A DNA stretch of 62,922 nt, the filler included, from Chrysochromulina tobinii (Eukaryota): NCBI GenBank assembly GCA_001275005.1. It is 8 parts of 8 records of this genome, joined end to end, with 100 filler letters (N's around TTAATTAATTAA, not from the genome) between each part and the next. Parts side by side here need not be neighbours in the genome. Positions count along the whole stretch, not along the records: positions 12,457 to 23,092 come from JWZX01000257.1; positions 23,193 to 26,735 come from JWZX01000258.1; positions 26,836 to 43,149 come from JWZX01000259.1; 5 more parts are not named here. The stretch is one strand, 5' to 3'. Positions 22,601-33,100 of this stretch are shown here, piece after piece. How positions within the stretch are numbered: position 1 is the first letter of the stretch; the number at the start of each line of letters is the position of its first letter. The notes beneath the pieces were generated by a model. The model did no database searches and had not been told where the DNA came from. It saw nothing but the letters and a program-made list of their open reading frames with translations. The position numbers and the translations under genes are program-made.

Positions 22601-23092
22601 CACCCTCCGCGACTGCCTCCGCGACCGCCGCATTCACCCCTCCTCCCATTGCCACAATCCATCTAGAACCCGCTGCCTCTGCCGACGTCGCCCCCACCTT
22701 CGCCGCCCTTGCATCCACCGCCACCGCCACTGTCGCCCGCGATGCCGCCCCCTCCGCCCTCGTCACCACCGCCCGAGCCGCAACCACACTTCCTGCTACT
22801 ACCGCCTTCACCGCCCCCTCTCTCGCCTCTTCTCCCCCCGCTGCCGCCTCCCTCGCACCCACCGCCCACGCCGACGTCGCCTTCGCCGTCGCCGCCCTCG
22901 CCCTCCCCGCCGCCGTCATCGCCTCCCGCGACGACGCCGCCTCCGCCTTCGTTACTGTCGCCCGCGCCGCTGCCCTCTTCCCCCCCCACGCCGCCTCCCC
23001 CCTCACTGCCACCCCCATCGCCCCCGCCGCCAACGCCACCGCCACCGTCGACACTGCCCTCACCCCCGCCGCCGCCGCCGCCGCCCTCGCAG
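19660..23092 (+). CDS. Hypothetical protein: globular alpha/beta N-terminal ~400 aa then Pro/Ala-rich repeats; runs off contig
   Basis: Long intronless ORF from MPPLDQITIS with GC3-biased codons; 22000-23092 is repetitive and open in several frames. Confidence 0.55.
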
Positions 23093-23192
23093 NNNNNNNN
23101 NNNNNNNNNNNNNNNNNNNNNNNNNNNNNNNNNNNNTTAATTAATTAANNNNNNNNNNNNNNNNNNNNNNNNNNNNNNNNNNNNNNNNNNNN
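23093..23192. other. Artificial contig spacer
   Basis: N44-TTAATTAATTAA-N44. Confidence 0.97.
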
Positions 23193-23969
23193 GGGGGGGG
23201 GGGGGGGGGGCGGCTGCGTTGGGGAGGGAGGAGGAGGCGGCGCCGAAGGCGGCGTCAACGGTTCGAAGTCGAGGTACGGGGTTCGCGAGGCGTCGAGAGA
23301 GTTCGTCATCTCAACCCCGACTCCGTTGGTGCCGCCAGTGGGCAACACGATCCAGCCGTTGTTCACACGGCTACCCGCGAGCCACGCGGCAACCGAGGAG
23401 GTCACGTCAAACCTATTCCAGCCAAGGACGCCTGGGAAGGTTCCGGTGGTTCCACTGGGAACGTTGGTGGGCCTCCACGATGCCGATGCGAATGGGAGGT
23501 TGTTCCACGTGACTGTGGACTGTCGAAAGCAGGGAGGGGCGGAGAGGGACGCGTCAGCGGGAAGGGGTCTCAGCCAGGGTGCCGCACGCGGTTGTGAGGG
23601 GAGTGCGCGCGTCTTTGCGGTCGGCGTGCGCACCTCACTCCATGGAACGACGAGCTCGCGGAGCGAGGCGTTGTTGCCCGCGTCGGACACAAAGTAGTTG
23701 AGCCAGGCGGATTTGCCAGGCACGAGCGTGGCACCGACGTAAGAGCGCAAGTCGAACTTGATCAGGAGGGCGGACGTGTCAGTAGTGACGCCTGAGATGA
23801 CCTGTGTGGCCGAGATCGTCAATGGGCCGTCCCACCATGCTTGAGTTTCGGTGTTTAAGTTCCAGGTCGGGTAGAGGTTCCTGATGTACGTATCAGAGAC
23901 GACACTCGGGCCTCTGAGGATCACGCCCGTGGCCGAGGCCACCAACGCGAGGAAGAGCGTGGCTCTCAT
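23193..23969 (-). CDS. Secreted DNRLRE (CBM96-like) domain protein with polyproline linker; intron 23520-23633; 3'-partial
   Basis: Signal MRATLFLALVASATG; SDTYIR...N, LLIKFDL, PWSE|STVTWNN, FDVTSSVAAWLAG..NNGWIV, PYL are DNRLRE hallmarks. A GAG|GT...CAG intron restores WSESTVTWNN. Confidence 0.75.
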
Positions 23970-24262
23970 GAACGCGTGGTGACGTCGTCGATGCGAAAGC
24001 GGTGCGGAAAGCCCAAACGCAAACGCCGGTGAGCCGACGGAGTCTCCGCGAACCTGCGCCGACGGAGATGTCCTTTCGGCAATGGGAGCTTCGAACTCTT
24101 CCCATTTGGAAACATCGAGCTCCCCAGTTTTTTCGACGAACACTGACGGATCCACAGTTTGTACAGTTTGGGATTGTGGCGGCGTGCGAGTGCGTTCGCG
24201 AGCCGGTTCGGAGCTGACCGTTTCTCAAAAGCCCAAAGCCATATTTGCGAAAAGAACTCAGA

Positions 24263-26735
24263 ATGATACGCGCTGCCGCGCCCGCGCAACGCCTCGACCA
24301 CGTTTGCGAAAAGGTCGGCTACGTTTGCGAAAAGGTCAGCTCTGTACGGGCGCGTGCGTCCATGTTCGCAAACGTGCGAGCCGCGGCCGAGAAGGCGGCG
24401 GAGAAGATCAAAGAGGAAGCGCAAAGGGCCCAAGAGAAGCTCAAGGAGGAGTCGCAGAAGGCTGCTGAAAAATGGAAGGAGGAGAGTGGCAAACTGACCG
24501 GGAAGCTCAAGGATGGGTCTGAGAAGATGAAGGCCGGGCTCGCCGAGAAGCTCAAAGAATTGGCGGCTGAAAAGCTTCCCGAGGAGGAGGAGGGAGAGGA
24601 GGAGGAGGAGGGAGAGGAGGAGGAAACTGAAGAGGGCGAGGAGGAGGAGGAGGAGGAAATAGAGGAGGGCTCGAGCACAGCAAGAACTGCACTCCGCCAA
24701 ATGTACAGCCCGGAGGAGCGTGGAAGTGCAAAGGAGCTGGCAAAGGAGCTGGCGAAGGAGCTGGCGAAGGAGCAGGATGAGCTGGCGAGCGTGCGTGCAC
24801 AGCTCGGGCAGGCGCTAGCATCAAAGATGGACGCGGAGGCGCAGCTGATGCAAAAGTTGCGCGCTGCACTAAAGGCGAAGGCGGACATGGCGGCGCAACT
24901 GATGCAAGTGCGCGTGTCGGCGGTGGTGGCCGCAAACGCGGCGGCAGCCGCAGACGAGGAGGCGACGATCGAGGCAGCTGTTGCATCCGCGGTGGAGCGG
25001 GCGGCGGCGGCGGCGGCGGCAGACAAGGAGGCGGCGGTGGAGGCGGCGGTGGCGGAGGCGGTGGCCGCAGCGCGCGTGGAGGCCCTCGGTAACCAACAGG
25101 GCGCCCTAAGCGCAGCCATTGAGGCGGGCGAGACCGAGGCCAGGGCCGCTGCTGCTGCCGCAGCAAAAGGGGCCGCTCAGGCGGCGGCAGCTCAGGCGGC
25201 AGAAGCGGCGGCTGTGGAGCTGGCGGCGGCGGTGGAGGCTGCCAGGGCGGAGGCGGCTGTGGAGCTGGCGGCGGCGGTGGAGGCTGCCAGGGCGGAGGCG
25301 GCGGTGGAGCTGGCGGCGGCGGTGGCATCCGCGGTGGAGCGGGCGACGGCGGCGGCGGCGGCAGACAAGGAGGCAGCATTGGAGGCGGCGGTGGCGGTGG
25401 CGGCAGCGGCAGCTGCGGAAAAGGCATCGTCGGCGGCGGTGGCAGAAAAGGAGGCGGCGGTCCATGAGATGATGGCCGAGCATGCAAGGGCGCTCGCAGC
25501 TGCAGCAGAGGCCTCCGCGGCGGCCGAGGCCAAGGCCAAGGAGTGGGTGGCCGCGGAGTTGAGGACCGCACAGGAGGCTCACGCGGCGGCGAAGCAAGCG
25601 GCCGATGCCACAGGTGAGAAGCTCAGCGAAGCGCTTTCGGCGCTTGGGTCCCTAAAGGAGCTGGCGGAGCAGCAGAAGGCAGATTTGCAGCGCGCGGCAA
25701 CGGAGCGAGCCGAGGCGGTGCAGCGGGAGGCGACGCTGCAAGGAGCGCTCGCGGCGCAAGAGGAGGCGATCGAGGCGGACAGGGCAGCCACGGGCAGCGC
25801 GCAGCAGGCGGCAGTGCAGCGTGCGTTGGCGGAGGCGCACGAGAAGGCGGCGGAGCAGCTTCGAGCGTCTGCGGCGACCCATGAGCAACTGCGCAAGGCC
25901 CTGGAAGAGGCGGAGGCGAAGGCAGCGGCCAGCTTGTCGCAGCTCGCCGCAGCAGAGGAGGCGCTCGAGGAGCAAGCCGCGCAAGAAACGGCGGCTGAAG
26001 CGGCGTTGGCCAAGGAGAGGGCGGCGACGGCGGCGGTGCTGGCGGCGGCCGAGGCAAAGGCGCAGGCCTCCATCGCGCGCGCCTCGCAGCTGGAAGCGAG
26101 CCTCGCAGTCGCCCAAGCGGCTGGTGCAAGGCTCGCGGCGGAGGCGAGGCGCGCCAATGAGTCCCTCGAGGTGGCGACGGCGGACAAGCAGGCTGCGTGG
26201 GAGGCGGCGGCGGCGGCGGCGGAGGTAGAGCGCAGCCGGATGGAGGCGGAGCTCGAGGAGCGCAAACAGGCGATGCGGACGATGCGGCGGCTCGCGGATG
26301 CGCAGATTGCGGAGGCGTCGGAGGCGGTGGCGCAGAAGATGGTGGCGGCGGCGGAGCGGGTACAGGAGCTCGAAACGGCATTCAAGGAGGTGGCCAAGGA
26401 TAAGGCGGCAATGCAGGAGCGTCTAGCGGCGGCCGAGCAGGAAGCGAGCGAGTCCTCGGCGCAGGCGGCACAGCTTGTGTCCGAGACGGCGCCCTTGCGT
26501 GAGCGCGTGGGTGCTCTGCAGGAGGCGGCCGCACAGGTGGCCGCAAGAGCCGCAGCCGAGAAGAGCGCCGCGCTCGCTGCAGCAGCCGCGCAGAGCGAGG
26601 CGGCGCTTGCCGCGGCGGTGGCTGACGCGGTGGCAGCGGAGCGGCAAGCGGCGGCCACCGCCGCCGCTGCAGCGGCGGCCGCGTACGACCAGCAGAGGGA
26701 GGCGGCGGCGGCTGAGGCGGCCCAAGCCCTGGCCT
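24263..26735 (+). CDS. Ala/Glu-rich long coiled-coil protein, 3'-partial
   Basis: ORF of more than 800 aa, heptad-rich, with ELAAAVEAARAEAAV repeats. Confidence 0.65.
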
Positions 26736-26835
26736 NNNNNNNNNNNNNNNNNNNNNNNNNNNNNNNNNNNNNNNNNNNNTTAATTAATTAANNNNNNNNN
26801 NNNNNNNNNNNNNNNNNNNNNNNNNNNNNNNNNNN
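26736..26835. other. Artificial contig spacer
   Basis: N44-TTAATTAATTAA-N44. Confidence 0.97.
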
Positions 26836-28548
26836 GGCTGCCGCCGCCGCCGCCGCCGCTGCCGCTGCCGCCGCCTCCGCCTCCGCCGCCGCCGCCGCCG
26901 CCGCCGCCGCGCCAGCCATTGGTCGCCGCACTCTTCGCTGCGCTCGCCGCCTCCTGTGCCGAAGCTGCCGCCCTGTGCGGCAAGTCGACCGCCATACGGA
27001 GCGCCTCGACCCAGCTGGCGGCGCCGGCCGCATCGCTGTCGCGCAACTCATAGATGCGATCATAGATGCGCACGTCGCCCTTGATGCGCTCGGCGCTTTC
27101 GCGTTGCGCCACCGGGATGAAGATGGTCGCGGGCACCTCTGATGGCATGAGGCTGCGTGCCATCGTCTGCATGTCCTTGGAGTCCGTGGGCAACTCGGAC
27201 GCGCGGTATACACCGATCACGTCTTCGATCGGGATCATGCCCTTGCAACGCGACGACGCCTCGCCGCTGCGGCCCGCTGCGATGCCCTTCCGCGTCGCTC
27301 GGCAGATAGTAGAGCAGCGCGTCGGCGCGGAGGATGAACACGCGCTCTTGCATCTTCTTTCCGCCAAAGAGGGTCGACTGGGGCGAGCGCTTCAGCAGCT
27401 TGCCCTCCTTGATGGTCGCCATGGTCGCGGCACGGCCCACTGGAAGCACCCCGCAACACTCGATTGTACTCAATGCGCTCGGCCCTCGACTCGGCCCGCC
27501 ACCACCCTTGCGCGTGGGCGCCGTGTCGGGCGACCCATAGGGCTGCCGCTCCACCACCGTTGCACTCGGCCCACCGCTCCCTTTGCGTATGAGCATCATC
27601 TCGGTGAGCTCGCTCGTGATCTGTGACGAAACCAACTTGCCAAGCATGCGGAGCCAACGGGCGCGCGCCTCCCTATCCTCGGCCACGAGCTCGCACGGCG
27701 GTGAAGCCGGACCGAAGCGCACGTGGAAGGCCACGTCGGACGCTGCCACGCTCGAAGAAAACCGTCCAAAGTCAGTGGCAATCCGTGGCCATCCGTGACA
27801 ATCAGCGGCAATCAGCGGCAATCAGCGGCAATCAGCGGCAACCACCTGCGACGCTCGAAGGCGCCGCCTCCATCGAAGTCAGGTTCGTCAGCCCGACGCA
27901 CTCGATCGCCTCCGAAGGTGCGGCGTAGTAGAGGAGACGCTCACCCGCTGCATCTAGCTGGCACCAGCGCCGCTTGAACGACGTGTTCAAAGCGCCGCGC
28001 TTCTCGAGCCACCCCAGTTTGAGCCCCTCGCGACGGCGCAGCGCGCGCAGCCAGCGCGCCTGCTCGTCCGCGTCGGGCGCGCGCAGCGTGTAGCAGCGTG
28101 ATGCCAGGGGCGTGGCCACCACGAGCAGGAGCGTCCGCTCATCCTCGACACCCACCGTTGTGCCCGAGAGCGAGATCACGCCGCGCGGCTGTGTCGTGCT
28201 TGGCGCGAAGCTGAGCAGCCGCGTGCCCTCGAGCACGTGCCATCGCAAGACGCGCTCGTCGGCCCGCGCGAGCATGCCCGCCATGTCACTTCGGCGCAAC
28301 CGCAACGCGCCGCACTCGACGCACGACGACTTGCTCAGCAGCATCTCCGCCTCGGGCTGCGCTGTGGTGAAGATGGTCTCGTCCTCGTCGGAGCTGTCCT
28401 CGTCGAGATTGCCGCCAGCGCGCGGCCGGTTGACAACGTTCAAGTCGGATTCCGAGGCTCTCGCAGATGCCCAGCCGCTCTCGCCGAACGAGTCACCGGA
28501 CGCCGACGAAGAGGCCATGTGGCCAATGCCAAAAATGGATTGCAGCAC
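26836..28548 (-). CDS. Protein with three PH domains; intron 27743-27845; apparent 1-nt frameshift near 27290; 3'-partial
   Basis: PH motifs RWHVLEGTRLLSF..PRGVISL..EQARWLRAL; KLGWLEKRG..FKRRWCQL..LLYY..ARWLRML; KEGKLLKRS..ERVFILRADALLYY..KGMIPI..ASWVEALR. A phase-1 GT-AG intron restores the frame. Start codon uncertain. Confidence 0.8.
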
Positions 28549-28868
28549 TTCGTCGTCGATAAGTTCACGTCCTCCACACCGCTATAAACTATAAAATCTT
28601 TGGTAGTACCGCCCGCCCGGGGGACGGTCTCATCGACAAGACAAAATATCTGAAGGTAAGCGGAGTAAACTGTACAGCCAGCACAGGAGCGGGAATAACA
28701 ACAGACTGACAATTGCAGACTGAGAGACGTCGGCGGCACCACTCACAAACAGACACAGAGTCGGGGCACGGTAAACCATGCACTACACAGTCCCATGTCC
28801 ACACTTTCTTGTTCACCTGTACACACGATGGTTGCAGCCTACAGAGCATGCATCGTCGTCCACGGCGG

Positions 28869-29683
28869 TTACAGCATGCCATCGTCGTCTGCGTCCGTGT
28901 GTCGACGCGAGAAGTCATTGGCACGGAGTGGCTGGGCTTGCCGCCGGTCCTGCGCAGGGGATGGGCGAGTGGGTAGTGGCACGGGAGTGGGAAGCGGGCG
29001 GGGTGGCAGGCGAGGAGTCGGGCGTGCGGGCGAGTGTGACGGCGTCCTGACGCGACGAGCGAGTACAACGCGCGGGTGTAGGCATGGGCACTCACCCGTC
29101 CTCCTGCCGAGGCGACTGCTGAGGAAACCCTGCTCATCAAATTGATCCCATCTGAGTCGGGCTGCGCACGCATCCCGCGTGTCGTGCCGCCGCGGCCTTG
29201 CGCGCGGTACGAGCGATACACGAAGAAGCCCAAGACGCCGAGCAGCATGAGCGGCACGAGCGCACCCAAACCGTCGTTGTTGCTTTTTGGGATTGGCTCC
29301 TCCTCGGTGACCGGCATGCACCACGGAGAGTTAGCGTCGAATTCCCCGTTGCTGGGGCATGGTGCCCCGGGGGGCCCAACAGACCCCGGCGGCGGTGGCG
29401 ACGGGCTCGGCGGCGGCGGCGGGTATGGGATTCGTCGTGGCGGTGGTGGCGGCGGGAACGGTAAAGATGGTGGCGGCGGTGGCGGCGAGGGCGATGAAGA
29501 TGGCGGCGGCGGCGGTGGTGGGAACGGTGCAGGTGGCGGACTGAGAGGCGGATAGCAATCAGGAGGTGAGGCCGCTAGAAGGGTTGACGGCGGCGGAGGA
29601 CTGGGGTCCGGTGGGGCAGGTGGGTAATACGCGGCATGCACCGTGTGCACTGCAAGGCACAATACGACCACGGCGTGCCGCAT
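28869..29683 (-). CDS. Small single-pass membrane protein with Pro-rich ectodomain; intron 28950-29095
   Basis: Signal MRHAVVVLCLAVHTVHA, polyproline, TM LGALVPLMLLGVLGFFVY, GTGAGT donor, phase-0 last exon DRRQ...DDDGML*. Confidence 0.7.
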
Positions 29684-29795
29684 TTTCGTCGTCGATCGAC
29701 GCGTTGAATTGCAGCTGTGAATTGGCTGTGAATTATTACTTCGGATGACAGCGGCGTGAATATTACGTGGCATTACGTGAGCTTTCATTAATACA

Positions 29796-29870
29796 GCTGC
29801 TGTTCAACACAACGCGCAAAACCTCCGGAACTCCAAGCACGGGAGCCTCGCATGGACGGAGCCGGAGGCA
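29796..29870 (-). mobile_element. Dispersed repeat copy (possible retroposon 3' end)
   Basis: gctgctgttcaacacaacgcgc...ctccgga..ccaagcacg...atggacgga shared with 44839-44910; core also inverted at 50872-50887. Confidence 0.6.
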
Positions 29871-30102
29871 TCGCATGGCCGTGATGATCGCCTGATGGTG
29901 ATGTGCCCGAAACGATGCGTTTTGAGTTCGAGTTGTCAGATATACGCGTGTGCGACTGGCCGCAAGTACGTACTAGAGTAACTTACTCTTACATGTCAGT
30001 CCCATGTTTTTCCTACGTTTCCACTGCTTTCCTGCGGTGTGTATACACTCACGATGAACGTGACGGATCTGAGGGCGGTCTCTCTCGTCCCTTGACACTG
30101 GA

Positions 30103-33100
30103 TCAAGGCGCGAGAGTACTGATGGCACGGTGCATGCCGCGGAGCTCCTCAGACAGCTGCTGCTGGAAGTTTTGTTGGTTGATCGGCACTCGGCCCGCGG
30201 CGCCCCCAAGGCGCGGCGGCGAGGGGGACGGCCTCTGATTCTGTCGTTGCATTTCTCGAGCCACCTCCCGCCGGATTTGGGAGGCGAGAGGACGCAGCGG
30301 GTCGGCTGGTGGCAGCAGCGGCCCAGCTGGTGACTGTGCCCCAGGTTGCTGCAAAACCGTCACGAACGGCTCCGTTGTCGACTCCGTTGCGGGTAACAAG
30401 ACCGTGGGCGGCTGGCCGGCCAGCTGAGCCGCTCTTGAAGGCGACACTTCGCGACGCTGCGCGGGCGTTCGCCGTGCCGGCGGTGCCGGCGGTGCGGGCG
30501 GTGCGGACGGTGCGGACGGTGCGGGCGGTGCGGGCGGTGCGGGCGGTGTAGACGCTTCAGGTGATGTTGTTGTTGGCGGCGGCAGCGGCGGATCAGCACT
30601 GACTACAGGTGTCAGATGCGCATCAGCTGCAACGACGTTATTGCCAGTGGTGATGGCGGCGAAGCCATCACCAGGAGACAAAGGACGACCTATTGGTCTG
30701 CCGTGAACCAAGGGTGTGTATCTTAGAGATGCACTTGGTGCGTAAATTGCTCCTGCGACGAGGGGTTGGACCATCGCCGTGCGCACCTCGGCTACCTGAG
30801 GCGTTCCTAATGAGAGTGGGGCTCCAGCAGCCATGCGGACAACGAAGGACGGGTGGCTCGCCCTGGCCTCCATGCCCACGATTGGTGGCCCTCGTATCGC
30901 TTGCCGTGCGAGAGCTGGCACCGCACTGTCTGCTGGCGCTCGCGACCGAGTAGCGATGCTTGCAGATGATGCCGAGAGCCGAGTCGCCTCGCCAACCGTT
31001 GTTGGAGGCTCGTCGACCTTGGCCTCCTCGATGACAGCAAGGCTGGGCGTCGACAGCTTGCTTGGCTTTATGGGCGCACGCTGCAGCACGTCGCGCATCT
31101 CCTTCTCAAGGCGCGCGTACTCTGCCACGACTGCGGGCGCGCGCCGCTCGGCCACATCCTTCGGCTGTTGCGCCTCGGTCGCCTTAGCAGCAACGCCACG
31201 ATTGCCGAGCTTCAACGGGGAGGCGCCCAGGCGCGTTGGAGGCCCGGCAGCATGACCACTCGAGCTCAATGCGTGGCTCGCGGGAGCAGCTGTCGCAGGC
31301 GCCGCAGCAGGCGCGGAAGCCATTCGGCTGTCGCGCTCCGCCAGCTCTGCATCTGCATGGGTGCCAGTCTGTGACCAGAGGTCGACTCCGTCCCGCCGCG
31401 GCGCGCTGCTCTTGCTCGGCGCGTGGCCGCTGCCTCGTCTTGGCATGCTCAGTGCAGGCACCTCGATCGGCGAGGTTGCTCGAGGCGGAATTGGCGACGA
31501 TTGAAGCGGCAACGTTGCTCGAGGCGGCGCCGACTCGCTCCGACTAGATGCACTGCCTGATTGGACACGTGACCGAGTACCGAAGAGCTTTCCGGCGGGC
31601 GCCGAGAGCCGAGCCGCCTCGCCAGCCATCGTTGGCGATTTGTCGACCTTGGCCTCCGTGATGACAGCAAGGCTGGGCGGCAACTGTTTCTTGAGCTTCT
31701 CGTGGTCCCGATTGGTGTCGTCATCGTATGCTGTCAGAACCTTGGGCTTCGCCAAACGGATCGCGCCGGCTGGCAGCGCCACAAAGATACGAGCGGGCTC
31801 TGGCTCCGGCACGCGCCCGATCGCAGCCAGGCGAGCGTGGATCCGCGCGCGTGCTTCCTCCGAGGCCGAAGGCTCTTCATACCGCGCCAGCAAGGCTGGT
31901 TGAGTACGGCTGGAAGCAATAACGACTTGGGGCGAGTCGCATGATGCGCCATCGGCCCCTCCACGAGCAGTACTGCGGGCAGTACCCGCTTCGGTGGCGC
32001 TTCGGTCGGTGCAGCCTCCAGGTTTGATCTTCTTGCTCTTTTTCTTTCGCCCACGCTCCGTTGCGGTGCTACGCTCGGTAGTAGTCCCAAGATCAGTCGA
32101 GTTTAGGTCATCTGCAAACCCCTCAGGACGCGTCTCTGCCACGGCCAGCAACAGCTTGGGCTGCTTGAGCTTAGGGCCGCGATGTGGCGCCGACGCCGGT
32201 GCGGCCGCAGGTGCCGAGGCCGCGGCATTCACCTCCTCTTCCGATTCCTCCACAATTCGCCAGCCACTGTCCGACGCTGGCGCCTCGGCCGCGGGAGCCG
32301 CCGCCACTCCACTGCGGTCAGTGCCGCCGCTCGTGCGATGAGAGGGTGGCCCGCGCTTCACCGACGAACCACGTGAGCGCACGGAGCGATCTGTTGATTG
32401 AGCAGCGCGATCTGTCGCTTGAGACCCCCCCAGATTGATCATGTGCCTGACAGTTGGAGTCCGCCGTCGCGCATCCGCTGGATGCAAGGCGTCCTGTGTC
32501 GCCTCGCCATGTTGCAGCTGAGGTCGCAATGCCAATGGTGGCGACCTCAGTTGCAGCAGTGACGACGTCGATGGCTGTGTCTCGCACTGCGGCGCAAGGC
32601 GATCCGTCTCCTCACCCACTCCAGCCGAAGCCTTGCGCCTGCCAACACTGCTCCCGTCACCTCCCCATCCCTTTTTGACGGGGCTCGGGCTCTCGTTGAT
32701 TGTCACGGGCGGCGGTGGCGGTGGCGGCGGCGGCGATGTCGGTCGCGGTGAGGTAGATCGTGGCGGAAGAGGTGGCGGTGGACCAAAGAAGCCTTCATAC
32801 AAAGAAGCCTTCTTTGAAGTGAACGTCATCTTCTCGCCGCGTCCAACGGGAGGCGAAATGGAGCGCTCGGCCGGTGGGGCGCTATTAGCCCTCGCGGCGG
32901 CGAGGGCGTGACCATGTTGAGCAGCGAGGGCGGCAGCAATCGTAGGGGAGGAGGTGGACATGCAAGTTATCGGTGGGACGGTAGCAGTGGCGCCAGGGCG
33001 CCCTGACGGAGCACCAGAGCCACCTCCACTGGCTCGTCCAGTCCCGCAGGCCGCCGGAGCGGCCGCCAGAGCGGCTGCTGGAGCGGACGCCGGAGCGGAC

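Noticed and set aside
21856..23092. Overlapping Pro-, Ala- and Gly-rich ORFs on both strands as dual coding
   Set aside because: Expected stop-codon scarcity in CCG/GCC-rich repeats; the same applies to most short shadow ORFs in the track.
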